A stretch of DNA of 40,467 bases. Origin: a virus (taxonomy: Duplodnaviria; Caudoviricetes). Positions 7,601 through 16,716 of the stretch are shown in pieces (within the stretch, counting starts at the first letter, position 1; each line of letters opens with the position of its first letter). A model generated the notes under the pieces. The model searched no databases. It was given only the letters and a program-made list of their open reading frames with translations, and was not told the DNA's origin. Where the stretch lies: positions 1 to 40,467 of IMG/VR virus record IMGVR_UViG_3300037657_000136; one strand, given 5' to 3'. Position numbers and translations under genes: made by a program.

Positions 7601-10551
7601 TTGCCGATGTCCTCAAACATCTGCAACCGCAAGAGCGTCTTGCCGATGATGTCAGACGCGTCCGGGTCCATAAGCTCCGGCGGCAGATTCCGCTCCAGCC
7701 GCTTATCAATGGCGTCGATCAACCGCTCGCCCAGCCCCTTCAACTGCCGCCCGTACTCCTGAATCTCCTCCACCCCCGGCCCGCCGGAGTACATCTTGCC
7801 CGGCCCTACCCCCTCCGGCGCCCCCGGTGGTGCAGGTTCCAGTGGTGCAGGTGTCCCCGCCTGCACTCCTTTACCTTCCCCTAACCCCTGACCCCTGACC
7901 CCTGACCCCTGCTCTAAAAGCCGCTCCTGCTCCTCCAGCCCCATCACCCGGGCCTCTTCCCGCCCGATGAACCGCTCCCGCCCGTCCTGGTCCACCACAA
8001 ACCCCGGCTTACCCTCTTTCACCGCCTCCCGCAACACATACCCGCCGGTCTCGGGGTTCTTGGAGTCCAGAATCAAATCCCCAGCCTCAATAAAGGCATA
8101 GTCCGGGGGCTCGGGTTCGACGGTTTTTTCTGAGGAGGGTTTTGAAGTCATCGGCCCTTCCCCATAAGCCGACACCGGCTTTTCGTCCACGATCTTTTGC
8201 AGCCGGGCAATTTCTTCTTGAATCACCTTTTTATCTAAACCCAGCTTCATTTTAGTTTTGTCGCTTCTGGCCCGCCCGATCTTGGCCTCAACCGCCTCTA
8301 ATACTTTCCGCTGCTGGTCTATAGCTTCCTGATAAGGGTCCCGGACCTCTCCCGCCTTCGCCTCCGCCGGTGGCAACTTTCGCCCATACCTCTCCGCCAA
8401 CTCAGGATAATCCGCCAGCACCTCCGGCGGCACCGGCCCCCCCCGCTTCAGGGCATGGCGCACGTCGATCTCCCGGAGCTTGGCGATCTTTGCCGCGTTC
8501 GGCTCCGGCCGCCCCTCCATGGTCAAGGCCCGTTTCCGGGCGGCGTACTCATCAGCGCTCAATTCCCAGGGCTTCTTCCAGGGCTCCTGTGCCGCCGGCT
8601 CCAGTGGTGCAGGCTTCCCAGCCTGCACTCCTTCTTCTCCCTCTCCCCTGGTGGGAGAGGGTTGGGGTGAGGGGGGAGGCTCAGGCAGGTTCGATAGCAT
8701 CTTCCGAACCTTCTCGACATCTACATCGCCCTCTGCCAGTCGAGGGTTTTCTTTAAGCAGCCCTGCGGCCTGCTCATCGCTTATCTCAGGAACCAACTTC
8801 CTCACCTGCCGGGCAAATTCCTGTGCATATTGCGGGGATTCCGTCAGGGGAAATTTTTGATAACCAAACTTCAGATTCAGCGTCCCACTCTTCCCAATGG
8901 CCACCAGGCCGTCCTCGGCCTCCTGGGGATTAACCTTGGCCGCTTCCGCCATCATGGCGTTCGCCCGCAGCCCCTCCAATTGCTTTTTCATGGAGGGCGT
9001 CTTGCCCAGAAAATAGAGGTCCATCAGGTAATCAAAGGTCTTCTGCGCCAGCACCGTCCTATCAATGCTCCCGTCCCGCACCCCCCGGTACACGTCGTCC
9101 AGGGTAAAATAACCCTGATCCGGGGCCGCATGGAACCGGGTCTTGACAAAATCCAGCGCCGCCAGCCCCCCCGCCATGCGCATGGCCAGGGTAGGCACCG
9201 CCCCCGCCAGGGGAAACAGCAGCCCGATCAAGGCCCCGCTGCTGGAACCCTTGACAAACTCCAGCCCCGCCTCGGTCAAATTGTCGTTGTTTGCCAGGCT
9301 GGGGGCCAAAGATGACAGGCTGGTGGCCAGCCCCAGGGAGGCCCCGCCCTGGGCCATGACCTGCACAATCCCGCGCAACCCGGTCCGGGTCGGCGCCAGC
9401 CGGGTCCCCAACAAACCCTCCGCCAGCTTGAACGGCTGGCGCATGAAGCTGGCGAACCCCAGGGCCCCTGAAGCCACCGCCCCGGTGGCCGTCTCCGGGG
9501 CCGGGACCGGCGCGGTCAACTCCTTGGCGAAATAATCGGTCACCCCGAAAGTCAAGGGGCTGATGACCCCGTGATAGATCACCCGGTCCAGTTCCGAGTA
9601 TTTGGAGTCATCCCAGCCGTGGTACAGCTTCCGGGCCTCGTAGATGTCCTGCGCCTGCCACAACCCCGTCTCTTCGTTCATCACCGGCAGGAACGCCGGC
9701 AACTCCCGGTAGCCCAGGTAATCCTTCACCGTGTTCACCAGGTTGCGCTCGGTAACCGGCCCTTCATCGTAAATCCCGGGCTCCCGCCGCCCCGGCGCCG
9801 GGGGCGCAATCCCCGCCCCCAAATCCAGCCCCTGCACTGACTCCAAATATTCATCCCGGGTCGGCGGTTCCGGCGTCAGTGGTGCAGGCGTCCCCGCCTG
9901 CACTCCTTCTCCCGCAGGGCTGTAATCATCCGGGTTAAAGCCAGGCCGGATGCTGTAATCTGCCGGATTAAACCCGGGCCTCACCCCGCCTTCGGGCTTC
10001 TCCGCCGCCTCCGCCGCGTTCGGCCCCAGCCAATCGCCGATCCCGGCAAAAAAGCCTCCCGATCCCGGGTTGACCGGGTTGGTGGCGGTAATCTGAGCCG
10101 GCAGCCGCTCAATAAAGTTCCGGTCAACCGGTTCGGTTCTCCAGCCCTTGCCCGCGGTAAAGGACTTAAAAACCTGGCCGCCGCTTTCATCGGTGTCAAC
10201 AATGCCGATATGGGTCTTGCCGTACTCGTAATTCCGGTCCCCCGGCTGCCTGGTCATGTGGATAACCGTGCCCGGGGTCAAACTCTCCAGGGAAAGATTC
10301 TCTCTGCCATAGACCGCCGCCCCCCGGGACTTCCCCACGCTGGCCAGGTCGCCGGGGCCAATGCCGCCTCTGGGCAATGCCACGCCGGTATCCTTCAACG
10401 GCCCCGAGTTCAGGTAATTGGCCAGCGCATCGCCGCAATTGGAACCGCTACAGGTTTCCACCTGCAAGCCGGTCTTTCCCTGCGTCACCCCGCCGATATT
10501 TCCCATCTCTTCAATCGTAAGCGGAGAATAGTCTTCAGGGTTAAAAGCCAT
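4699..10551 (-). CDS. Large internal virion (ejection) protein, 1950 aa; N-terminal NlpC/P60/CHAP-like domain and PLxRFG-like domain
   Basis: Position of T7 gp16-like gene; NCGD...PGTVIHM...THIGIV Cys/His motif; YIPHQRYGKYFIRV resembles PLxRFG. Confidence 0.75.
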   Translation of the reverse strand: MAFNPEDYSPLTIEEMGNIGGVTQGKTGLQVETCSGSNCGDALANYLNSGPLKDTGVALPRGGIGPGDLASVGKSRGAAVYGRENLSLESLTPGTVIHMTRQPGDRNYEYGKTHIGIVDTDESGGQVFKSFTAGKGWRTEPVDRNFIERLPAQITATNPVNPGSGGFFAGIGDWLGPNAAEAAEKPEGGVRPGFNPADYSIRPGFNPDDYSPAGEGVQAGTPAPLTPEPPTRDEYLESVQGLDLGAGIAPPAPGRREPGIYDEGPVTERNLVNTVKDYLGYRELPAFLPVMNEETGLWQAQDIYEARKLYHGWDDSKYSELDRVIYHGVISPLTFGVTDYFAKELTAPVPAPETATGAVASGALGFASFMRQPFKLAEGLLGTRLAPTRTGLRGIVQVMAQGGASLGLATSLSSLAPSLANNDNLTEAGLEFVKGSSSGALIGLLFPLAGAVPTLAMRMAGGLAALDFVKTRFHAAPDQGYFTLDDVYRGVRDGSIDRTVLAQKTFDYLMDLYFLGKTPSMKKQLEGLRANAMMAEAAKVNPQEAEDGLVAIGKSGTLNLKFGYQKFPLTESPQYAQEFARQVRKLVPEISDEQAAGLLKENPRLAEGDVDVEKVRKMLSNLPEPPPSPQPSPTRGEGEEGVQAGKPAPLEPAAQEPWKKPWELSADEYAARKRALTMEGRPEPNAAKIAKLREIDVRHALKRGGPVPPEVLADYPELAERYGRKLPPAEAKAGEVRDPYQEAIDQQRKVLEAVEAKIGRARSDKTKMKLGLDKKVIQEEIARLQKIVDEKPVSAYGEGPMTSKPSSEKTVEPEPPDYAFIEAGDLILDSKNPETGGYVLREAVKEGKPGFVVDQDGRERFIGREEARVMGLEEQERLLEQGSGVRGQGLGEGKGVQAGTPAPLEPAPPGAPEGVGPGKMYSGGPGVEEIQEYGRQLKGLGERLIDAIDKRLERNLPPELMDPDASDIIGKTLLRLQMFEDIGNTYPEARKTFEAARKGLALTSRLAGEAHSLFVPYANRLNPEERARVDAALVKLDLINDPGMGRSFRLGDDLEHWQRYLLNPREDLKQKGIEFYMSRGLSETEAAGAFGVRMGLDYYKALQIDFHTRNLREWLEAHGFDRGKINDIMDFTLHTESPVEDIAKIFFGADHGKSVPAALKRFRESMQYWLKETNHYIPHQRYGKYFIRVIDTAASAKAKGAYKRTLEAIDRRYPKDRVDVEATLKQSALEFMEAPEGSEAGETPAPRKMSKADRLRAEAREEFQDAMKATVIHATAAQSRAQYHERRAALEAEFPAEKGFLIKEKLNKQLPMEIYTETDIPRVWKIITDAANTGNLQGPGKDDLIEGWQDYLAAKGAGAHFIKRWNVPGYETDLLRPLANYFSGVAGYLGKAEKIRGFSEAFKEVPKEMPNLMRHLNEYANYVLSNPNELQAVRNVIYNWTLGGNLSFHFINSLQNLAVGWPVLGTVKVEGRGPMKELKEAYLDWTGYMMGGEGQRPEMGEGLRPGEEAVLARARFEPELAPSGVAELSGKSYSPLHRWLHNDPTSLASKGIDVFKGFWSGAFVEQMNRETFFLAAYRRTGDYDQAIELTRKAHFLYGKETRPAVIRGQMGSMMGIFLTYTTNYLTLVKNFGKAAMGVNPEVYGSRETGATALTRMLAGALLMGGITGTGLWPVIRTGYEAVFGSNIEEDGKDYLQATFGISHASAAMLERTLQRGLLAGALEIDIGSRIAPNLPVMSSLPDGKLSWQNLVGAVLGAGSIPAQTIWSVGYALGQGEKGRALEAASPVSVRNLLAAIRLSTEGATTMKGQPIFTAEGEPLKLTPGEAIKKGMGFQPVRLAEHYSKERHARRMEDDRRDRAQGFAGDLARAIRNEDEAGFQRTIDEWVAYNNKMLEAKRYADVIKPQSVLQAVKSRFKPKYPDVSQKQMILRDMGRNSLADTISPENDAIEE
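6813..9907 (+). repeat. REP-like palindromes inside the 1950-aa gene (6813-6835, 7841-7870, 8603-8632, 8636-8678, 9878-9907) plus CCCCTGA heptamers (7878-7911)
   Basis: AGTGGTGCAGG-N7-8-CCTGCACTCC x3; GTGGGGCGGGCGTCTCGCCCGCC; CCCTCTCCC...GGGAGAGGG. Confidence 0.8.
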
Positions 10552-12116
10552 TACCGGCGGCCCCCCTGATTTCTGATAATGAGGTCATATTCAGCCGGGG
10601 TCACATACTCAATGGCACCGGTCCGGTTGTTCTTTACCGGAATGCTGGCTGTAGGCGCCTTCTCCGCCGCCGCCGCCGCCGGCCTTGCCGCCCCGGGCTT
10701 GAATCCCTTCACCCCCATGAGTTCAAACGGCTGAATGATCTCCTGGGCCTTCTTCCACATCCAGGGTCCGGTGAGTTCGCCCTTGGCCTGGGCCTCCTTG
10801 CAGGCCTCCATGAAGAGAAACCCGGCCTCGTGGCTTGGCAGCGGGCTATTTCTAGCAGCGCCTTTGCCCAACCCTTTTCTAAGATCTTCTTCAAAGGTTT
10901 CGTTCAGAGGCTTCAACCGGTCCCCAATCTCCTTGACCGCCAGCCGGAAATACGGGTCCTTGGTGAAGGACATTTCCTTGGGGGTTTCACCTTTACCCCG
11001 GGACGCGTTCAGCCGGAGCAAACTCCCCGCCCGGTCCAGGGCTGCCGCCCCGGTGCCAAACTCTCCCGCCTTCAACAAGGCATAAATTTCATCCGGGTTG
11101 GCCTTGCCTTCCGAGGACTGCGCGTGCACTTTGGCCCACTTGTCGTAATTGAGTTCCTTGGCCACGGGGAGCGCATCATTTTGCAAAGCCGCGTCGAAAT
11201 GTTTATAGGTCCCCATATTGATCACCCGGGCGTCCCGCATGCCCTTTAAATTCTCCAGGGTCAGCTTCTTTTCCTCATACCACTTCTGCACCTCCAAAGC
11301 GTTATCCTCTTGCGCCCGGTGCAGATTCGCGGTCAATCCCGGAATCAGCTTGGCCCGCTGGGTGTCGTCCAGGCCGAAGGCCCCCGGCTCTTTGACCTTG
11401 GCCAAAGTCCCCGCCGGATCGGTGAGCTTGGCCTTGTCAATGGCCCCCATGGCCACGGCATAGGTAAACCCTTCCCGCAACTGCTGGGCCTTGGCCGGGG
11501 CCAAAAAGCCTGCCGACACCCCGCCCTGTAGCAGCGAGAAGGCGTCCGCCTGGACCTTGGCCCGCTCGATATCGTTCCCGGCCTGGTTATAGAGTTCAAC
11601 ACTCTTACTGAAATTCGTCTCCACGTCCCCGGCAAAGTTGGCGATCTGCTGTTTCCGGGCCTCCACGGTCAGCCCGTGCATCATCACCGGGAAGTGGCTG
11701 GCCCAGGCTGCCTTGTAGTGCGCCTGCACCCCCGGGTCAGAACTGCGTTTCATGGTTTCCTGAAAATGGTTTTCCGCCTCGGTCTTAAATTTAGTTGTCC
11801 AAGTGGCCGGATCCGGGTCGGCCTTGACTTCCTCTCTTAGCTGGTAAAGTCTCTGGGTTGAATCGAGTTTCATGCTGGCCAGGTCGTTCACCTGCCGGGC
11901 CTGGCGCAGGGCCGTGTCAAGGTCCAGCCCCGCCTTGCTCAACTTTTCCCCGAACTCTCCCGCCTCGTTCCAGTTCTTGGCCGAAACCAGCAGCTCTGCG
12001 GCCCGGGCCTTACCCATTTCCCGCGCTCCGATCCCGAAGCTGTTGACGTCATGCTCAATCCCGGGACCCAGGTGCGTCAGTTGCGTGGACAACTCATAAA
12101 GAGGAATGCGCGCCAT
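10551..12116 (-). CDS. Internal virion (ejection) protein, gp15-position
   Basis: MARIP.Y N-terminus, helical Ala/Gln/Lys-rich, synteny. Confidence 0.7.
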   Translation of the reverse strand: MARIPLYELSTQLTHLGPGIEHDVNSFGIGAREMGKARAAELLVSAKNWNEAGEFGEKLSKAGLDLDTALRQARQVNDLASMKLDSTQRLYQLREEVKADPDPATWTTKFKTEAENHFQETMKRSSDPGVQAHYKAAWASHFPVMMHGLTVEARKQQIANFAGDVETNFSKSVELYNQAGNDIERAKVQADAFSLLQGGVSAGFLAPAKAQQLREGFTYAVAMGAIDKAKLTDPAGTLAKVKEPGAFGLDDTQRAKLIPGLTANLHRAQEDNALEVQKWYEEKKLTLENLKGMRDARVINMGTYKHFDAALQNDALPVAKELNYDKWAKVHAQSSEGKANPDEIYALLKAGEFGTGAAALDRAGSLLRLNASRGKGETPKEMSFTKDPYFRLAVKEIGDRLKPLNETFEEDLRKGLGKGAARNSPLPSHEAGFLFMEACKEAQAKGELTGPWMWKKAQEIIQPFELMGVKGFKPGAARPAAAAAEKAPTASIPVKNNRTGAIEYVTPAEYDLIIRNQGGRR

Positions 12117-12131
12117 AGTTATGAACCTGCC

Positions 12132-12707
12132 TTATTGCAGCATCGCATATTGTGAATAATTGTAAGATGAGCCACCCCAATTCTTGGCCAGCCCCGCCCC
12201 CGTGGTCAAAATCGAGGTGCCCGCCTTCAAAAGAGTCCCCGTCATATAATCAGGCACGTTCTGATTGCTGGACATCTGGTCGTACCGCTGCGCCGCAGAC
12301 CCGTAATAACTTCCCTGGGACCGGTACCGGGCCGCCTGGACGTCATAGTTGTACTGGGTGGCCAGGATATCCAACTCCTCATTTTTCGCGGTTTCAGCCA
12401 TAACATCCAGGGGCGACCCCTCCATAAGCACCCCCGCCTTGGCGTAACCCACCTTCTGGCTGCCCGCCAGCCGGATCGCCTTGAGTCTGGCCTTTTCCAC
12501 CTCCCAGGCCCCGGCCTTCTCGGTGGCCAAAGCGTTTTCCTCGGCCACCTGCTGGTTGCGCCTGGCGGCCTCGGCCTGCGCCCGGTTTGACTGGCTCTGG
12601 GCCTCGGCGGTGGCCTGGGCGGCTCGTGATTGCTGAATCCCGCCCACGACCGTGCTTGCCACAGTCGTAACAAGGCCGGCAATGGCCAATCCTGTAGCTA
12701 CAGCCAT
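12132..12707 (-). CDS. Internal virion protein B (T7 gp14-like)
   Basis: Hydrophobic N-terminus, Ala/Gln-rich helix, GSQ..YAKAGV..EGSP motif. Confidence 0.8.
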   Translation of the reverse strand: MAVATGLAIAGLVTTVASTVVGGIQQSRAAQATAEAQSQSNRAQAEAARRNQQVAEENALATEKAGAWEVEKARLKAIRLAGSQKVGYAKAGVLMEGSPLDVMAETAKNEELDILATQYNYDVQAARYRSQGSYYGSAAQRYDQMSSNQNVPDYMTGTLLKAGTSILTTGAGLAKNWGGSSYNYSQYAMLQ

Positions 12708-12710
12708 TAA

Positions 12711-13175
12711 TTAGCTCCTTTGGGGCTTTCTTACCCGGGCGAACCCCACATAATCCGACCCGTCCGGCCCATAAGCCTGCTTGAACCCCTCAAACTCGAA
12801 CCCGAGCCGCTTTATCCACCGCTGGCTCACATAATGGTCGCCCTGAATTGCCACCTCCAAGCGCCATAACCCCATGGTGCGCACCAGCAACTCCATGATC
12901 CGGCGCATGGCAAAATGAAAGAGAACTGGGTGAGCCGTCACCAGGGGGGTGGTTATCGACCAGCCCTCCCCCACCCCCGGCCACAACAAAACAATGCCGC
13001 CGCACATCAAAATCTCCTCGCCCAGAAACCCGGTGTAGGCCATGCCCCGAGCCATATAACCCAGGACTCTCCCCTCCAAATCCGGCAGCCGCGCCAATTC
13101 CCGCGCCTCAAACTTCCGGGCTTTTATAATCTCCAGGTGGGCAATTTCAAACGGCACTATCCTTAACTGGTTCAT
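12711..13175 (-). CDS. GNAT-fold protein (T7 gp13-like/internal virion protein A position)
   Basis: GG...W.GVGEGW and RW..RLGFEFEG..AYGPDGSDY motifs. Confidence 0.75.
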   Translation of the reverse strand: MNQLRIVPFEIAHLEIIKARKFEARELARLPDLEGRVLGYMARGMAYTGFLGEEILMCGGIVLLWPGVGEGWSITTPLVTAHPVLFHFAMRRIMELLVRTMGLWRLEVAIQGDHYVSQRWIKRLGFEFEGFKQAYGPDGSDYVGFARVRKPQRS

Positions 13176-15521
13176 TTAACCCTCAAAGACGCTGACCCGG
13201 GGGATCAGGGCGCATATCGTCAGAGGCAAGGGGTCGTCATGGACGATCATCACCCGGCCTTCCTGTTCATAATCGCTGCGGAAATCAATCTCCAGATCCC
13301 CGGTAAACAGGGGCACGGCCGTGTCCATGGGGTCAACGATCTGGCGGTAAATCAAATCCTCCAGGTTGTCCAGGTCCGGCCCGGCCTGGCCGGCGCCGGA
13401 GCGGTGCACCCGCAGCGTCAGCTTGTCGATGCGTTTCGTCTTGCCCTGGGCCGTGCCGTCCGTGGCCCCCGCCTCTATCCGTGGCGACAGGAACTGGCCC
13501 CGGTAAGGCAAGCCCACCTGGACCTTGGACGCAGCCTGCAACAGCGTGATTTGGCCGCTCGCCACCGTGCGCCTGGGGTGCACCGCCCCATCCGCCAGAA
13601 CTGCCACCTCCTTCCCCTCCAGGTGGCCAAGCCCGGTGATCACCGTTGCCGCCGCGCCGGCATAGGTCAATCCACTATCCACAAAAAAAGCGTCCTTTTG
13701 GTCCGCCCCGAAATCCACGTCCCGGAAACATTCGATATAGCGTTTGGTCTGGCCGTTGATGGTCCGGTTCACTGCCTGCCACACCTCAGTCTGTTTCACA
13801 CCGGGGATGCAGCAAGCCGACTCAAAGAGACCGTCCGTATCATGCCAGGACCAACCCACCACCTCCTGGGCGCGCTCATAAACCATGGCGAGCAAAACTC
13901 CGTCCGCCCGCACCGCCCACATGGTCTGATCCGGCTGCCGCTGGTAGGCCACCTCCACGATGCCGCTCTCGGTGATATGTTCGCTCCAGATGGTCAGGTC
14001 TGGGGCCACGTAGGCGTCATCGGCATAACTGTACGCGAATTCCCGCACCTTGCGGCCGTAGCGCTCCACGAACAACACTGCAGTGCCTACCCACAACTGG
14101 GTCACGCTGGCGCTGCCCTTAAAGGTGTTACCCCGCATCACCGGCGGATTGCTGGGGGTTAAGCCGCTATCGTTGCCGCCGAAAAGAGAAATCTCCTCAT
14201 TGACGGTCCCTACCAGCAGGGTCCGTCCCGAAGCCAGCCATTTGATGATGTTGATTTGCCCTGATATGCTCGGAATGGTATAGGTCACCGGGCCATCGTC
14301 GGTGATGGTGTCCTGGGGGGCAAAATTGGGATAATCGCTGGTCTTGCTGCCCCAAATGGTTTGCGGTTTATGGGACGTGCCTGCGAAGAACAACCGCTGT
14401 TCATAAAAACACAACGCCTGCGGAAACCCCCGGTAAGTCGAAAAAGCCCCTTCCCGCCAGGTCGCGGTGGCCGAAACGCTGCCCGACTTTACCGTGGCGC
14501 TGGCCGTCAAAGACGGATACGGTCCGGTGACCGCAGTGATCTGAACGTATCCCCCTGTCAACCGGAAATAAGCCCCCACGTGCTCCGCTTGAAACAACAG
14601 GCTCGGATTGTAAATCTCATTCACCGACACGTCATCGATGCTGCCGTCAAACGCGGCATTGGGAATGAACTTGAGATTGCCGGCGTTGGTGGCCGCAATG
14701 GTCTCGGTGTAGGTGCCGTCCGCCGACCGGGTGACCCCGTTGACCCCGCCGATCTGGGGCGTGACGCTCCCGGCGGCGTAATTCTTGATGGTATAGGTCA
14801 GGCGGTAGCTCTTGCCTGCCTCGGCGTTGATGTCCTGTTCCAAGGGGTCGGTGTCGCCGGGTGTGTGGTCAGCCTCCAGGTTCACGGCGTCATGGGTCCA
14901 GCCCGTTCCCCAGGTCCACAAGGCATCCGTGGCAAAATCCCCTTCCGAAACCTTCTCCGGGCCGTAGGCGTCCGTAGCGGTCAGGGTGATGTCGCCGGTG
15001 GCCGCCGACGGGGTGAGGGTAGTGGAACCCGTGTTTTGTTCCAGATAAGGGCCGTCTTGCAGTATGAGTTCGGTGAGTATCCAGGCGGTGTGTCCGGTGC
15101 GGCTTAACTGCCGCGGAGCATGGTTGGGGTGGCAGAGATACATCACGTCCGCCGACTGGATATACCTGATGTCCCGCAACTCCGCTTCTAAGTAAGGGCT
15201 GGCGATCTCATACGGGTTGACCCCGTCCAGGATTTGCCCTTTGTTCATGTAAAACCGGATATACTGGTCCCCGAATTCCAGAACGTAGGCCTGCGTGGCG
15301 CTGAACTGAAAATCGATCAGGCGGACGCGCTTGCTGTGGTCCTTGACCTCGGCGATAAATTCCAAGCCCGGGCGCTTGCTCAAGGGTCCCTGGGTTCGGA
15401 TAATCATGTTCCTGACGATCTCGCCGGTGTTGTGGTACTTGGCCAAATCCACCCGGCCCGCCAGGAGCGGCGTCATCTCCCCTGCGGTGACATTAGTTAA
15501 GATAGGTGTGGCTCTTGCCAT
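13176..15521 (-). CDS. Tail tubular protein B / nozzle (T7 gp12-like)
   Basis: NxTAGE..P....R.D, QSADV.Y..H, FYEQRL.FAG beta-propeller motifs. Confidence 0.9.
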   Translation of the reverse strand: MARATPILTNVTAGEMTPLLAGRVDLAKYHNTGEIVRNMIIRTQGPLSKRPGLEFIAEVKDHSKRVRLIDFQFSATQAYVLEFGDQYIRFYMNKGQILDGVNPYEIASPYLEAELRDIRYIQSADVMYLCHPNHAPRQLSRTGHTAWILTELILQDGPYLEQNTGSTTLTPSAATGDITLTATDAYGPEKVSEGDFATDALWTWGTGWTHDAVNLEADHTPGDTDPLEQDINAEAGKSYRLTYTIKNYAAGSVTPQIGGVNGVTRSADGTYTETIAATNAGNLKFIPNAAFDGSIDDVSVNEIYNPSLLFQAEHVGAYFRLTGGYVQITAVTGPYPSLTASATVKSGSVSATATWREGAFSTYRGFPQALCFYEQRLFFAGTSHKPQTIWGSKTSDYPNFAPQDTITDDGPVTYTIPSISGQINIIKWLASGRTLLVGTVNEEISLFGGNDSGLTPSNPPVMRGNTFKGSASVTQLWVGTAVLFVERYGRKVREFAYSYADDAYVAPDLTIWSEHITESGIVEVAYQRQPDQTMWAVRADGVLLAMVYERAQEVVGWSWHDTDGLFESACCIPGVKQTEVWQAVNRTINGQTKRYIECFRDVDFGADQKDAFFVDSGLTYAGAAATVITGLGHLEGKEVAVLADGAVHPRRTVASGQITLLQAASKVQVGLPYRGQFLSPRIEAGATDGTAQGKTKRIDKLTLRVHRSGAGQAGPDLDNLEDLIYRQIVDPMDTAVPLFTGDLEIDFRSDYEQEGRVMIVHDDPLPLTICALIPRVSVFEG

Positions 15522-16099
15522 CAGGCCCTCGCGTCAATCCATTCGTTGGATTCGTAGACTTCCGGCGGGTATTCCTGGGCGTCTATGCTCCGGGCCACCG
15601 ACAGTTCATAGTGATATTCGTCCATCATTTGCTTTTTGATCGCGGGGGAAGTGGTGATTTGCAGGGCGACTTCCGCCGCCAGGCGGGAGGCCAGGGTGCT
15701 ACAGAACCGGGAATCAAACAACTGCGGGTTGTCGATGCGCTCGATATACTTGATGCTGGCGCTGGCCTGGTCGGTTAAGAGCTGGCCCCCTTCAATGGCA
15801 AAGGCCAGCATCGGGTCGATGGTGGCGGTGTCGACGTTTAACAGGCCCAACACCCGCAGACAATTCTCCGGTAACTGAAAGGCGTACGCATACCCGAACA
15901 GGGGCGCCTCGCTGATCAGGGCCAGGCTCGCCCGGCGGGTGGCAAAATTCCAGGGGTGATCCCGCAGCACAATGTCGAGCACCAGGTCATAAACACTTCG
16001 CAGCGCCTCTGCCCGCTTCGATGTGTCATCCGGGCTCAAGATCGGTAAGGACCCTAACCGCAGTAAGGTCAGATTAAAGATGTCAATCTTTGCCGCCAT
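15521..16099 (-). CDS. Tail tubular protein A / adaptor (T7 gp11-like)
   Basis: I.N..L..LG, HPWNFA..R, Y.FQLP..CLR motifs. Confidence 0.9.
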   Translation of the reverse strand: MAAKIDIFNLTLLRLGSLPILSPDDTSKRAEALRSVYDLVLDIVLRDHPWNFATRRASLALISEAPLFGYAYAFQLPENCLRVLGLLNVDTATIDPMLAFAIEGGQLLTDQASASIKYIERIDNPQLFDSRFCSTLASRLAAEVALQITTSPAIKKQMMDEYHYELSVARSIDAQEYPPEVYESNEWIDARA

Positions 16100-16113
16100 G
16101 CCCTTCCCCTGTG

Positions 16114-16137
16114 AAAAGGGGCCGGCTTCCCGGCCCC
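16114..16137 (-). terminator. Intrinsic terminator after head genes
   Basis: GGGGCCGG-GAAG-CCGGCCCC followed by TTTT on the minus strand. Confidence 0.75.
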
Positions 16138-16145
16138 CTTAAAGG

Positions 16146-16661
16146 TTAATCGCCATAGACTAAGGCCGTCAACACCGTGGCGGGAATCGCCCCGGTGTAC
16201 GCCGCTAAAGCCGCCGCCGCCACCGCCCCGCCGGCCATTACCCCGCCCTTGGTGGCCGCAGCAGCCCCGGCGATGGTGCGGTCGGTGGCCGCGTCCTTGG
16301 CCAGGGTGTCGCCGCCTTCCACTCCCAGGGCTTCATCGATGCCGCCCGCCGCCCCGCCGATGACTTTGAGGTCATGGGTATGGGTCGCCAGGGCCGCCGA
16401 CTGCCGCGCCAGCAGTTTGTGGTTGGTCTGGTCATATTCCCATACCAGGCCCGAGTCAGGAGGACCCTGTAATTGCATGAAATGAATCCGGCTTCTGACC
16501 CCGTACTTCGCCATCACCGTGGGCAGGGGAATCCCCGCCGCCGGCACGGTCAAGGCGCCGTTGCCGAAGGCGATGGTCACCCGCCCCAAATGGGCGAACC
16601 CAGGAATCACACCCTTTTTTAACAGAGTTACCGTTACGTTACTGGCCGCCAGATCTGCCAT
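16146..16661 (-). CDS. Putative head decoration/virion protein
   Basis: Ala/Gly-rich, downstream of capsid. Confidence 0.6.
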   Translation of the reverse strand: MADLAASNVTVTLLKKGVIPGFAHLGRVTIAFGNGALTVPAAGIPLPTVMAKYGVRSRIHFMQLQGPPDSGLVWEYDQTNHKLLARQSAALATHTHDLKVIGGAAGGIDEALGVEGGDTLAKDAATDRTIAGAAAATKGGVMAGGAVAAAALAAYTGAIPATVLTALVYGD

Positions 16662-16716
16662 TTTCTACTCCTTATCTGACGGGGCGGGACGGCCTGGCCG
16701 TCCGCCCCGGCCGTGG

